DNA from: Azolla caroliniana | Lineage: Eukaryota > Plantae > Polypodiophyta | Assembly: GCA_043228905.1 (NCBI GenBank) | Contig: JBHGNT010000015.1 | Coordinates: forward strand, 15,004,001 to 15,068,000 | DNA: 64,000 nucleotides | Direction: 5' to 3' | Shown here: piece after piece, positions 24,620 to 39,300 of the stretch | Position numbering within the stretch: the first letter of the stretch is position 1 | Layout of the letters: every line of letters begins with the position of its first letter | Position numbers and translations under genes: made by a program | Notes under the pieces: model-generated | Seen by the model: the letters and a program-made list of their open reading frames with translations, nothing else | Told to the model about the DNA's origin: nothing | Databases searched by the model: none

Positions 24620-26689
24620 ACGATTAGTTCCATTACTGACTGAGAACACACCAGATTCTCCTTTAAGTACTTCAGCTAAATTATAGATAGAAAAAGCTGG
24701 TACAGAAAACCCTGTTGTATAAGGTTTGAAATGGTGAATTGGAGATTCCATAGATTATTTCTTTTAAGGTCATGATGAAGGACATGGCTTACGATCATCG
24801 GCTTTAATCATGCCGCTGAGCATTTAATTGGGACGTTATATGATGATTCAAATACTTTATCACATCTCTTCAATGCGAATACAAAAACGATCGTGGTGAT
24901 TTCGCTTGTTACCTGCTAGTACATCGGAATCCGATTAGTCATGAACATCGTGAGGTGCTGCTTTTCACAAATCCAAGCATACTCCTGGTTGGGATAGGTA
25001 GGCCCCTTCTAAGGCTTTCCCCCCCTCTGACCCGTACGTAAAACTTTCCCTTCATACGACTCAAATGCATTCCCAAAGGCCCGCCCCTATAACGCATCTG
25101 CATGCACTTGGAGATGAAGGGCATTCCTGGTTCATGCGTGAGCGTCCATAGCACCAGATTTTGGATTGATTGGTAGTGATCCGACTGGCTCATTTTCCGT
25201 TAGCACAAACAGAAAAAACTTTTTTCTTGCCTCAGGCCACTTACCGTGTGGCCCGCGGCGAGTAGAGAGCGATCGTGACCAGTGGAGGCAGAATGCGCGC
25301 TACATCCCTAGCAAGCAAGCAAACAAACAAACAAAAGAGATATAGTTCCGACACACATGTAGGTTGAGGGCTTTCATCTTGCGTGGTAGGTTGTTGGCCA
25401 AGACTAGTTACTAGTCCGCCAATTTCTTTCTAGATCTCCATACTTCTATACCGTCACAATCTTATGAAAAAAGGCAGCATGTTGTTCATATTTCTCAGAG
25501 CGCTACTTTGCTCCTTTATGTTGCTACTTAAAGCCTTTATGCTTCTCTCAATTAATCGATTTGTGCCACTTTACCACCTTTCAATTCAATTTGATTCAAA
25601 AATTCAGGTCACGTACTCTTATCTCAGCAGGCTCGACCCTTGCTTTTCGGGTCTTTCTCCACCCATACCTCATTACATACCTAGACCTTACAGATGCATA
25701 GATGAATACGGGCTTACCATGTTCCATCAATGGCATCTAACCTATGCCGATTTCGGCGGACTGTGCCTACCCCAGTTAACCCATGCGGTTTCGACGTGCC
25801 TAGAGGCCAAAGGCGAATACATTCACGGTTCGTCAGACTAACCAGTTGAAGATGGCCCTAGCCTTGCCTCGGTCATGCTTTACTAGGCTTATACACATTT
25901 GCTTACGTTGACCCCTCTTCAGCTTAGCCCATCCCCCATATTAAGGGATGTTGCCCTCAAGGCTTCACACCAAGTCTTTACTATCAATTCACGCTTGAGC
26001 AAGGTCAGGTAGAACCGTTGCCCGATGGGAACCTCCCCCATATTACTATCAATGTCTTCATGTCGCACAACCTCTTAACATGAGACCACTAAATCCCCGG
26101 TCCAAAGATTACTATGTAGTGATGGTACCGATATCCACTAATCATTATTTCTAGATACTGTTGTTGCTCGGTGTTTCCTCCGACTCGTCAATACGAGAAG
26201 AAAATTACTATGTGAATGAAAAAGTGTCTCCAGTCAAGCCCAGAGGCAAATCTTAGGCCACTCCACCTAGTCATATATAACTAGCATACATCCTAGCTCC
26301 CGAGATCCTTTCATAGGATTCCAAAAGTTTTTCTCGCTCTTTAGAAGCCCATGGAGACAGAGTTGATGCTCCTATGTCCATGCCATAAATAGTTAAAGAA
26401 GATAAATAATTTGGGATTCAAGTTGTTTCACAAAATAATACTCATATATATTAAGCTCATAATGGTACCTCACAATTGCAAGGTCTCTCTACAACTCAAG
26501 GATAAGCGTGTTCTTAGGCCATCATGGGAACGTAAATAGGGTTGAAAGTTACTCGATGCTAGCTGTGTTGCACACGTTCACTCGCATTACGTACACAAAT
26601 GCTCTCTGAATCGTGCGGGATGGTCACCCATCACACGACTCTCCAACTTGAGTTACCCGAAGTGTTATCATGGTTTAGTTTCCTCCTTG

Positions 26690-29100
26690 CCAAAGAACTT
26701 CAGTCAACATACGAGGTGACCTTCCTCCCCCATCGCTGTGAAGCCTGTTGGTTGAGACATATAGATGTCTTCTTCGAAGTCTCCATGTAGGAATGTCATT
26801 TTGACGTCAAGCTGCTTAAACTCTAGGTTTTTAATCCCCACGACCCAACTAGGAGTTGAAGGGTGGTCATCATGACTACTAGTGAGAATATCTCATTGTA
26901 GTCGACCCCATGTTCTTGTTTGAATCCCTTTGTGCCAAGCTGAGTTTTGTATTTGGGCTTGTTAGTATCAGATACATACTCTACCAGAAGAACCATTTAC
27001 AGGGCAACAGGTTCCTTCCGGCTGGTAATTTGACCATCTCCTGTGTGTGATTCTGATGAATCGAGTCCATCTCGAATTTCATGGCTTGTAGCCAAGTGTT
27101 GACATCTGGAGTGGCAACAACTTGGTTCGCATGCGTCCGTGTAGTTGACATAGTCAAGGCCTGGTTGATAGAACTTTGTCGGTCTTCAAACTCGTTTGGA
27201 TCTCCTAAGTGCCGTCTCGTTTGGTTTGGCTATTTCGATCGTATTCCTCGGTCGATCGGCATTTGTTGAACCATTGTCTTCAAGAGTCTTGTTGGATAAT
27301 TCGCCCCTGCAATAGGCCTTCGGCAATGTCGAATCATCCTTCTCTTGTACGGGATCGATTGACTTAGGAATAGCAGACTTAGCCGACTTTACTTAGCTTT
27401 TCATCCCCGTAGTCTTTTTGGGTGTGTCGGTCGAATCGACTCTGCCGTTTTCGACTCCAAGCTTCTCGGCTTCGCTTTTTTCGACTATAGTCGATTCGAC
27501 TTTGCCTTAGTCGATCGATTCTACTCTTGTCAATTCCTTAGTCGGATTTAATTCTATTTCGATTAGTGGACCTCTTGCCAATTCGGATTCCACAAGAGGG
27601 TTGTTGGCTTGGTTGATTACGATTGTTTGTCGAATCTCCGATTCATCCTGGTGGTCGGTCCTTCTACGACATCTCTATCAATGACGAAGCTACCTTTTGC
27701 TGACTATTTTCGTAGGTTGGGATGGGTTATAGAGAATGGACTCTTCATGGAAGACTACATCATTATTCCAGATCAATTTCCGGTTCTCAGGATCCCATAG
27801 CTTGTAGCCGAATTCCCCATCGGTTCCATAACTGAGAAATATGCACTTTGTTACATGGGGCGCCAACTTTGTACTTTTCTCTCGAGGGATGAAGATATAG
27901 GCTTCGCATCCTAATATACAGAGCCTATCGTAGATCGACTATTTGCATGACCATAGTGCCTGTAGCACTTCGAGCTGTATTGCTCTCGACGGTGATAGAT
28001 TTATCGAGCAGACTATCATCTGCAATGCTTTGGCCTAGAATTCTAGCTTTAGTTCGGATTGTTGGAGAATTGTCGTCACCCTCTCGTGGATCATTCAATG
28101 GATCTGTTCCACCATGCCATTCTGCATGGGTGTGTAAGGAATGGTCTTTTGATGCCGGATCCCTTTGTCAAACAGGTATTGTTTAAAGGCTTAGGAAGTG
28201 TATTCACTTTGACTATCCAACAAGGGAAGACCTTGAGCGCTTCGTCTTTGGACCTAATTGAATACACCCAAACTTTTCGAGTATAGTCATCTACGAATGT
28301 GAGGACGTACTGGGAGCCTCCTAGTGACCTTCTAGGCATTGGCCCACATATATCTGTGTGGACCAATTCTAGGGGTTGTCGTACCATCTCGTAGTAGAGA
28401 GAGTGGGCTTCGGGTATGTGTCCAGTAACGACAATGCTCGTAGAAGTCCATCTTTGTCTACAGCTTTGGGATGTAGACAATCGCCATTAACCTGTCTAGT
28501 TCGGCTTGAGACATATGGCCTAGTCGGCCATGCCATAGGTTCAAGTCCCGCGATTGGCTATGTTCCCCCGCCCCTTTTGGATTGATCACCATCAACGGAT
28601 ACAAGTTGTTGCACTTGTATCCATAGCTGATTTTCATAATCGGCCGATCATCCATGACGACTCACTTAGAGTTGTTCAATACCCATATTTGACTAACATG
28701 CTTATGGAGACTAGAATCCTTTTAAGATCAGGTACATGTCGGACATGATGCCAGATAATCGTATTGTCGTTTGACAATCGAATTGGTACTTCACCAATTC
28801 TGGCGATTTTGCCTTCCTGCCCATTGCTGAGTCAGACAATGTCGTCAGCTCCGACCGAATACTTTGAAAACCATTCAATATTTGGGGTCACATGAAATGT
28901 GGCACTAGAGTCTAGTAGCCACATTCGTGCATCCTATGCACTATAGAGGACTTCTCCGGTTGATGAGTCTTCCAGGGAGAGGATTTCTCCTAACCGGAAT
29001 TCGGCAACATTGACTTGGTTGCTGGTTGGAGAACGATTCGAGCCGGATCGTCCTAAGTTCCGCTCGAATTGCCGACCATTCTGCTTCCTCTTGATTAACC
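26690..29100 (-). mobile_element. Old degenerate Copia fragment (PR-IN-RT)
   Basis: LELVHTDICGPMP..YVLTFVDDYTRKVWVY, LWHGRLGHMS and QLDVKMTFLHGD on the minus strand, with many stops. Confidence 0.85.
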
Positions 29101-29115
29101 AACTATTGAAAACTT

Positions 29116-29434
29116 TTTCGTGATGATTTTCGGCAACGGTAGGAAAATCATGTGGAAAGGAGAAAACCGAGAAGGGTACAATTTCACGCTTCTCACGCTA
29201 TCTTCTTCTCAGTGAGTTATCCCACATATATGCAGCTAACATGACTCTCTCTATATAAAGACTCATTTATCTCATATATATATGACTCATTTATGCAACG
29301 GTATGAAAATCATGTGGAAAGGAGAAAACCGAGAAGGGTACACTTTTACGCTTCTCTCAATATTTTCTTCTTAGTGAGTTATCCCACATATATGCAACTA
29401 ACATGACTCTCTCTATAAAAAGACTCATTTATCT

Positions 29435-29465
<31 letters not shown>

Positions 29466-31451
29466 GACTCATTTATGCAACGGTATGAAAATCATGTGGA
29501 AAGGAGAAAATCGAGAAGGGTACACTTTCACGCTTCTCTCACTATTTTCTTCTCAGTGAGTTATCCCACATATATGCAGCTAACATGACTCTCTATATAT
29601 AAAGACTCATTTATCTCACACACACATATATATATATATGACTCATTTATGCAACGGTATGAAAATCATGTGGAAAGGAGAAAACCGAGAAGGGTACACT
29701 TTCACGCTTCTCTCACTATTTTCTTCTCAGTGAGTTATCCCACATATATGCAACTAACATGACTCTCTCTATATAAAGACTCATTTTATCTCACACACAT
29801 ATATATATGACTATGTATATATATATGTCTATATTAGTTCGAACTTCTGTTTGGCCGACTATTGTTCGACTGAATCTTATTTCGGCTATTCGGTCAATTT
29901 CAGCCAACCGACTCTTGTTTCGGCTTTTGGACCGATTTCGGCAGGTGACTCCCATTTCGGCTTTTCGGTCAATTTCGGCCAACCGACTCTCATTTAGGCT
30001 TTTCTGACCAATTTCGGCCAACTAACTCTCGTTTCGGCTTTTCGGGCAACTCCCCCACAAGGAGGGACAATCTTACATAACACAATTGACTTACCACAAA
30101 GCCAAGTCATTTCTATAAAAGTTGTATTTTCATCATTATACCTTTTCATATGTAAATTCTCATACATGAGAGCTTGCATGAGTGACATGGTTATCATGCA
30201 TCGCATGCATTTCATGCATTACATACATTGTATGCATGTTTTGCACCGTCACATGCATCATATGCATGGGGCCATCTATAAAAGAGTGGAGAAAAAAAAG
30301 AAAGGATCATCAATCAATCAATTAATAATAATAATAACAAACTATGTACTGAATCAAGAAATTAATAACAAAAAATCTAATTATCTTATTGGTGATGTAT
30401 CAAGTTGTCTCTTAAAATCTCTATCTCTATCTCAGTCCCTCTCTCTCAATCTCTCTGTCTCTATCTTAAATACTTTCTCGTTACAACTAGTACAACCTTC
30501 GAATCCTTCCGGTCCAGGACCCCGGTGGTCCCGCTTCATTTCGCGAACACGCGAGGATTTCCTCGACTTCTTTCTTGGGGAACCTGACGTGAAGAGCGGC
30601 AGGGGAGGATGAAGATGGATGAGTAATAACTCATGGAGGCAATGTCAAAGATGATGATGGAATTTTCAAGAGAAGGGAAAACTGAGATGTTGCCCAACAA
30701 GCCGTCGAAAGCGTTGTCGAGCGAGTCGGTTGTTTCGACGAGGGCAAAATCCAAATTTTCCTAAAGGCCTACAATGCCAAGATGGATTCGAGAGGTGTGA
30801 ACGTAGCAATTAGGCTGGAGTAGTTTTGTCGAGTGGTGCTCAAACCAATATACAAAGAGGTAAATGAGCTTCGAGAACCTCCTGATTCGTGGGGGACTTT
30901 CACGGAGGCTCTATTGGAGGCATATGGCAAAGAGAGACTGAAGGGATGAGGTCGGCGTGAGTTTGACCAGTGGGTGGCATTGGTGAAGAATCACCAAGGT
31001 GTGATGCAAGCATTCCTAGATTTCCAGCGTCGTTTTTCTCAAGTCTCGAAGCGGGAACAAAGATTGGTGGGGATGGATAAGGTCTTATTGTTCGTGAAGT
31101 CGATCGATCGAAGGAAAAGGATGACCATCGGAGTCAAACTCGAAGAAGATGGTGGTGCAAATGGCCTTACCGAGGATTGGACCAAAGTGGAAAGAGTATG
31201 TCGACTACATGATAAGACGAAGATGAGATTCTCATCGGCAACAACACAACCCAAGAGGGATGGTGAAAGGAGGACGAGATGTGACTACAAACTACCACCT
31301 AAAGAAGAGAGCTTGAAGAGGGAAGGTTCGACAGTATTCAACATAGAGGCCTTTGTAAAGGAGGCATATGAGAGTATAAAGGTGCAAGTCGAGGCCAAAG
31401 AGAATCTTATAATGGAACCAAAACCGATTCAAATGGTGATCAAGGAAGAAG
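29116..31451 (+). mobile_element. Gag-only family copy D1: 5' LTR (about 29116-30568), degenerate Trp PBS (30576-30592) and broken gag (30609-31451)
   Basis: PBS TGGGGAACCTGACGTGA; gag is homologous to 61357-63279 (VLLFVKSIDRRKRMTIGVKLEEDGGANGLTEDW). Confidence 0.85.
29135..29820. repeat. 4-copy tandem repeat of about 165-180 bp inside the D1 LTR
   Basis: GAAAATCATGTGGAAAGGAGAAAACCGAGAAGGGTACA occurs at about 29143, 29305, 29487 and 29661, with a variable (TA)n. Confidence 0.93.
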
Positions 31452-33323
31452 TGTTAAGATTTCGGTTCGTCCGGATGGGATGATGCAGGCCCGGTGAGAA
31501 CCTCTCACCGGATGAAGGGACATATAGATAAATATGTTTCTACGAGCCTGTTGGGGCTATACTTGTAAATAGTCCTAATGTCATATTAGTATAAATGTGA
31601 CCTAGGGCAAACACTGATAGTGTAGTTGTCATTATATTGTATAGAGTTATTTGGTGTAACTGCTGTACAAAGCGTAGCAGAGGATAAGAGAGAGAGAGAG
31701 AGAAAGACAAACAGAGTGAGCCTCTGTTGTAACCGCCGCCAGGAGAAGATTGTGAGCACAAGGTCGTTGCCTCTATGTTCCCTTGTTGTATTCTCCTTAC
31801 ATAGTGATAGTTGGAGTTTGTGAACTCCCGTGGTTTTTCCCATTTAGGGTTTTCCACGTTAACATCTTGTGCACTCTCTTCTGTTTGTGTGCTTACTTCC
31901 ATTTCCCATTTTTTTCTGTGTTTGATTATCATGAAGTGATTGAAGACTCGGTTGTGGCCGAGCATTATTCCGCATATTCCTGTCAATCTGGTATGAGAGC
32001 AAAAGGACACAGGAAATGGAAGATTCGTTGGGAAGCATGTTCAAGCTCACCGGCTCCAACTACTCAGTGTGGAAGTCGAAGATGAGGGATATGCTCGTGG
32101 TTAAAGATCTTTGGTTGCCGGTTCAGTTAGGGGACAAAAGATCAGATAAGATCGACACCACAGTGTGGGAGGTAATGCACATGAAGACAACGGCATACAT
32201 CCGGTGTTTCATGGACATGAGCCTGTACAACAACTTCAATGAAGAGAGTAAGGCTCACGAGCTCTAGGAGAAGATCAGCATTATGTTTCAAAACAAAAAT
32301 GTTGTAAATCGGGTTTTGGTATTTTTGGAAGCTAGTGAGGCTCCGGTACCAAGATGGCTCCAGTATGGCAGACCATATGAATGCCTTCTACGGGCTGATT
32401 CACCAGGCAGCATCATTGGAAGTACCTCTCGCTGATGAGGTACTAGCACTACTCCTGCTCGGTTCCCTCCTAGATAGTTGGGAGACATTGGTTGTCACTT
32501 TCGGCAACACTAGGCCGGAAAGGAAGTAGATGTCCCTAGAAAGAGTAAAGTCGAGCTTGCTAGATGAGGAGGCGTGTCGGAAAGACAAGGATACGAGCTC
32601 GGACTCCAAATTGCTCCTTACCGAATCGGAACACGGAAGACAAAGGAACTGGAGTCCCCAGAACCGGGAAAAGTCGGGGACACGATCAAAGTCAAGGAGG
32701 GGCCTACTTGCTTCTATTGCGGCAAGCCAGGACACTTCCAAAAGAACTGTTGGCATTTCCGGAAAGACAAGGAAACTGACAGTACCGATTCGAAGTGGTC
32801 ACCGGACCGGAACAGCAAAGACCGGAGAGGACCGGACCGGAAGGGAATGATGGCAATCACGACAAGTGAAGAGGAATTGATGCTCATCACCGAGGAGAGT
32901 GAATTGAACCTTGCCAGCGACGAGACAACGTGGGTTGTCGATTCCGGAGCGTCGTTCCACCTAACCCTGGACCGGAAATGCTTCTCATCCTACACAGCCG
33001 GTGAGCACGGCTGTGTCCGGATGGGGAATGAAATTACATGCCTAATTGTCGGCATAGGAGACGTGTGGCTGACAACACCAACCGGATGCAAATTGTTGCT
33101 GAAGGATGTCCGACATATTCCGGAGGTTCGATTGAACCTGATATCAGCCGGCCGGCTAGATGATGAAGGCTACACGGGTAGCATCCGGAACGGAGTCATG
33201 AAGTTCTGCAAGGGGAGCTTGATAGTGGCTTGGTCCTGGAAGGTCAACACATTGTACCTGATGAATGCCCGGTTATGCCCAGAAGAAGTGAACATTGCTT
33301 CCGGTGAGCTGTGGCACAAGAGA
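31452..33323 (+). mobile_element. Copia-E: 3'-truncated relative of Copia-B (LTR 31452-31985, PBS 31989-32000, gag-PR 32016-33323)
   Basis: LTR start TGTTAAGATTTCGGT..CCGGATGGGA resembles Copia-B; PBS TGGTATGAGAGC; CFYCGKPGHFQKNC and WVVDSGASFH; ends at ELWHKR. Confidence 0.9.
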
Positions 33324-36300
33324 ACAATCTTCATCTCAATATCTCTCTTTCGTCATATCAATCTCTTTCAATCTATCTTGAATATTTACTGATACTTGGA
33401 GATGGCATCCTCAAGCAATCAAGCGGGAGAGTTTGAAAGGATGATGCTAATCTTCGAACAAATGATGAGATCTCGAGACAACGATGAGAGCATGGAGAAG
33501 GCTGTTGACCGGGTCAATTTGATGGAAGGAACATTACAAAGTTCCTTGATGCATACAAAAGGGAGATGAATCAAAAGGACGTGTCTGAAGCACGTCAAAT
33601 TGCAAGCTTCAAGAGAGTTTTTGCCAACAACATCCAAAGACGTGTCATTGAGCTTCAAGAAGGCAAGACAACGTTGTCAAAGTTTGAAAGATCAATATTA
33701 TCGGAGTTCCCGACAAAAGATTTGTCGAGGATGACTCGACATGTCTTGATGAAGTGGATAGAAAAGAAGAATAAGAGGATGAGCAATTCGAGGGTGTACA
33801 ACAAGTTCGACCAAATGTTTCGTCGTCTCCCCACCATAGACCAAGTGCTGCTTGAGGAGGACAAGACTTTGTATTTCCTAAGAGTTGCGGATATGAAGGA
33901 TAGACGAGAATTGGGGACTCTCCTTGAAGATGATACCCAAGCGAACGGACTTGTGGCAGACTGGATTGCGGTGAAGCGAGCATGCAACAAGCTCGACAAG
34001 CGTTGTCAATGGCTTGATGATATTGACTTGGTAAAGTCAAGCGTAGCAAAATCAAGACCATCTAAAGAAGTCGAGCTGCCTAAAGACCGCATCCTACACG
34101 AAAAGAAGATTGATGATGACTTGAGGACGGCGAAGGCCACTTCAAAGGAGGACAAATGTTTCGGAACACGCGTCGTGTTCAAAACATCGGATGATGAAGG
34201 AGCAAGCCTAATCGAAGCTTGCGTCAATGGTGATAAAGAGTGCGAGGTTAGCATAATTGAGGATCTAGCCGCTAAAGACGACATCGAGGAGGTGACTACA
34301 AGACAACAAGCGTCAACAACGACCATGGCCGGATTTTCTCCGCACTTGTTCCAGAGACTTGGGCAATTGCATCCAAGAACCAACGTGAGACCCAAGAGAC
34401 GGAAGGTGTTGGCGACGAGCCAAAGGTCGAAACGAATACATGCGACGAAGAGAGAAGCATGATCGAAGCTTGCTCGATCAAGAGGGTCAATGGGTATGAG
34501 ACCCATGAGATTGAAGAGATAGCTACGAAAAATGACATCGAGTCAAAGGTGGCTATGGAAGAATTAATGGTAGATGGTCGCATCGAGGATTCCTTCACAC
34601 AAGTTCCCGAGACTTGGGCAGTTGTAGAGAGACAACGTGAGACCCAAGAGATGGAAGGTGGTAGTAAGGGGAAGGACCAAAACGGTGTGCACAACATTGA
34701 GGCGAAGATAGATATGGACAAGTTGATAGTCAATGATGGCAGTGACAAGACTTTCCCCACACTACTTCTAGAGACTTGGGAAGTTGCGTCCGAGAACCAA
34801 GAGAAGACCCAAGAGACGGAAGATGGCAACAAGGGGCAGTTCAAATCTGATGTGAAAGATGACATCAAGACAAAGGTGTCGAAGGCAATTGACCAAAGAC
34901 AAACGAATTGTAAAGAATTAGATATGATTCTTGTGAAGCAGAAGAGATGCGAGTTATGTGTGTATGTGTGAGAGAAGAGAGGAGAGGAGAGAAACACAAG
35001 ATAGATAAGAGACAATATGAAGTACTCAAGAAGAAGAAGAAGATGTATATTAACAAGTAGAATATGAGATACAAAAATAGTGTTACAAGGAGTCACAACC
35101 AACTTAATATGGAGTAGGAGGAGGGTGCTTTATATAGAGTCGCCCTCTCTCTTCATTTACTCACTACAACGTTCACTCTCTACCTAGAGCCTTGAGGAAT
35201 GTGAAATCTTATGGTCATGGGGAATGTGGAACCATTAGTTATGTGTCATAGAATATAAATCTATGACACATAGTTTAATGTGTAGAGAGTAGTGGTGTGA
35301 CTCTTGACCTTTGAGTAATCATAGATTCTCAAAAGGTGTGTTCACACGTTGCTCTATGTTGAGCTTGATTCTCAACATGTCCCCTCAAGCTCAACTCGGG
35401 TCAGCTTCTTTCGGTTGATGTCCGCTTCGGCTGGTATCCGGTTCAGACGATCTTCGTTGTCTGTTTCGGCTCGTACCTGGTTCGGTCGGTATCCGATTCT
35501 CCCTTGTACTCCCCCTCAAGCTTGGAAAATCAGGGATCATCAATCCAAGTTCTGACATGAATTGCCTAAGCTTGTCGGCTCCTAGGGCTTTCGTGAAGAT
35601 GTCGGTCATTTGAAGATTTGTGTTGATGTGTAGAAGGTCGACATCTCTGGCCTGAACACGCTCTCGAATGAAGTGATAGTGCACTTCGATATGCTTTGTG
35701 TGTCCGTGGAACACCGGGTTCTGAGCCAAATAAATATAGCTCATGTTGTCACAGTAAAGGGGAGTCGGATCCTTGATGGGAATGCCCAGATCCTTCAAAA
35801 TCATCTTAAGCCATACGACTTCAAATGCAGCTACAGCTACGCCCCTCTATTCCGCCTCCGTACTCGAAAGAGCGACAGTAGACTGCTTCTTGCTACTCCA
35901 CGAAATCGCTCTGCTGCCGAGGGAGAAGACGAATCCAGAGGTCGATCGTCGATCGGCTTTGTAGCCAGCCCAATCTGTGTCCGTGTATCCTTCGAGTCAT
36001 ATTGGTGTGGCCGATTTGTAGAGAATGTCGTAATCCATTGTTCCGCTCACATATCGTAATACTCGCTTAGCGCAATCGAAAAGGATATCTCGCGGAGTTT
36101 GCATGAATTGGCTAAGGAGTCCGACCGGATAGCTAAGGTCGGGTCGTGTGATCGTGAGATAGATGAGACTCCCGATCAGTTGTCGATATTGAGTTGGATC
36201 GCACTCGTTCGTGCCGGAGTCGGCATCTTGTTTGAGGTTTCTATCGAGAGGCATAGCAATCGATTTGCACTCCGTCATCCCGAACTTGTATAACAAGTTG

Positions 36301-39300
36301 AGAATGTAGTGTCGTTGAGAGATCCTAATGCTAGCCGGATTCCGAATCACCTCGATGCCTAGGAAGTAGTGTAGGTCCTTCATGTCCGTCATCTCGAATT
36401 TGTTGGAGAGGAGGGACTTCACCTTGTTGATGTCGACTAAATTCTCACCTCCAATAACAAGATCATCCACGTATAGAATGATGACAATTGGGCTTTTAGA
36501 CTCGTTTCGTAGATAGAGGGAGTTGTCAGATTTTGACATTCTAAAGCCGATTTGATGAAGATATTGCGTAATCTTCGAATGCCAAGGACGTGGTGCTTGC
36601 TTGAGGCCGTAGAGAGGCTTCTTGAAACGACATACAACTTTCGGATGGATGTTGGATTCAAAGCCAGGTGGTTGAACCATGTACACCTCCTCTTCCAATT
36701 CACCTTGAAGAAAGGCGTTCTTTACATCCATTTGGTGGAGGTGCCACCCTTTCGCCGTTGCAAGTGCGATCACAATCCGCACAGTCGTCAGGTTTGCCAC
36801 CGGGGCAAAGGTCTCTTCATAGTCAACTCCATGTGTTTGTGCGTATCCTTTCGCTACGAGTCGATCTTTGTAGCGATTGACGGAGCCATCGGGATTATAC
36901 TTCACCTTGTAGATCCATCTGCAGCCTATCGCCTTCTTGTGCAGTGAGTGGGGATATCCCATGTGTCGTTCTTGCGTAGTGCACGCATCTCCTTGTTCAT
37001 TGCTTCGATCCATGGCGGGTCCTTTGCGGCTTCGAAAAAGGTGTTCGGCTCCCGTACTGTTGTGACCTTCATCATAAAGGCGTAATGGTAGGTCATATAC
37101 TCATCGTAGCCGAAGTGGCTTACGGGGTTCTTTTCACGGGTGGATCGGCGTAGCTTCTCGTTTGTGAATTCTAAGGCTTTCTTCACTCCATTTGTCCGGA
37201 TGTCAAGGCCTTCGAACTCACTATCGAGGGAGTGAGTCGATTCGTTGCCATCGAAATGAGCATCTTCATACTCTAGCATTTTGGCCTTCCCTTTGTCCAA
37301 CTTCGGACTTGGTCGAGATGTGCTTTGATCACTCAAAGGCTCTTGTGGTCCGCTCAGTCGGGTCGTGATCAGACTTTCTTCGAACATACGCGTAAGGCGA
37401 TCTTCATCCTCTATCTCTTGTTCGGCGGATTCTGGGTTGAGCGGAATCAGAGTCGAAGTTGTCTCTGGTGCGTACCACGATGCGGACTCGTCAAATACGA
37501 CGTCTCGACTTACTCTAGATTTTCAAGTTGAGGGGTTGTAGCATTTGTACCCCTTTTGCTGCAGTGAGTATCCTACGAGGATACATTTCTCCAACTTCGG
37601 GTCAAGCTTTTGACGCTTCTCGTCGGGGATGTGAATGTATGCAAAGGAGCCGAATATCCAAAAATGCGATAGGTCCAGCTTCTTTCCGAAGAACTTCTCG
37701 TGCGGAGTAAGTTTGTGCACACCCTATGTCATACACCAATTCATGAGATAGACAGTCGTGTTAGCTGCTTCCGCCCAATACAATTTCGGCATGTGCTTTT
37801 CATTAAGCATAGCCCATGCCACTTCGAGGATGTGCCGATTCTTGCGTTCGGACACTCTGTTTTGTTGTGGCGTATGTCAACACGAAAACTCTCGCCGTAT
37901 TCCTTCTTTCCGTAGAAACGCCGAAAATTCGTCGGAGAAGTACTCCTTGCCTCCATTCGACCGAAGAACGTAATGTCAGCCCGTGACTTTCTCCACTTCA
38001 TTCTTAAATTTTTGGAAGTGTCCGGACACTTCTCTCTTTTGTCGCATTGGGTAGATCCAAGTGTGCTTAGAGAAGTCGTTGATGAAGGTCACGTAGTATC
38101 GGCATCCGCCGAATGTCGCCGTTTGAGCCGGACCCCATACATCGGAATGAATTACGTCGAGTACGCCTTTGCTCATGTTCCGCTCCTTCGGAAATGGGTG
38201 CCTATGTTGCTTGCCGAATTGGCAAGCAGCACACACGCCTTCAATCTCTTTCTCCTTGAATGTCGGGAGCCCAATGACGACTCCTTTCGATTGCATTGCC
38301 TTGAGCTTTTGGAGGTTGATATGGCCAATTCGCTTGTGCCATAACTCTATGTCAAAATTGGCTTTCATGCCCTTTGCGAACATGGCCAATTTCATCTTGT
38401 GTGAGTCGAGAATGAACATTCGGCCCTCTCTTCGTCCGCGTGCGATGAGTCGGCCCTCTTTTTCGATGAAGCAACCGCCTTGATTAAATCGTACTTGCAT
38501 TCCTTGCTCTACAATTTGGCCGACCAAATTCTTCGTGATAGTTGGTACATGCAAGACATTTTTAATATAATTTTTCTTACCTTCTTCTCTGAACGGAACA
38601 TTGCCGATGTGCCGAATCAGGTGCATAGTATCATCTCCGGTTTCGACATAGACGGGTCGGTCTGGCTCTCAAAGTTCTCGGAACCATTCTTGATGTGACA
38701 TCATATGGTTTGAGGCACTGGAATCGACGAACCATACGTCTTCGGGACCGGAGGCCTTAGTAGAAGTAGAGGCCGACATAGAATTCACTCTATGTCTCAT
38801 CACGAACATTCCGCCGCAATCGTCATAGTCGAAGTTGATGGCGTAGTTGGTGAGTTGTCGGCTAGTGGAAGCCGACTCGCGTATCTTCTTACGACATTCT
38901 TCTTCGTGGTGGCTGACATTCCCGCAATATCCACATTCAATTGAGGTTTGTCGGCTCGGACTAGAATGGTGCCTCCCCCTTCTTCCGAAGGTTCCCCGAT
39001 GGCCTCCATCTTGTTGGCCGCATCCTCTTCCTCCGTCCAAGTGCGTGTAGAGCATTTGGCCTTCCGAGCCATTACTCCTTGTTCGAACATGGTTTTCTTC
39101 GACCAACAACATGGATTGAAGATCGAAGAAGGAGGGCGGATTCTCCCGTGCTAGTACGGTTGTCCGCATCGCGCCGAATCGTGGTGCAAGGACGCTGAGG
39201 CATATTTGCACCATCTCATCATCCTCCACGTTTACGCTTATCAAGCCGAGCGAGTCGCAAAGCTCCTTGATCTTCAAAGTGTAGCTTGTGACGGACATAT

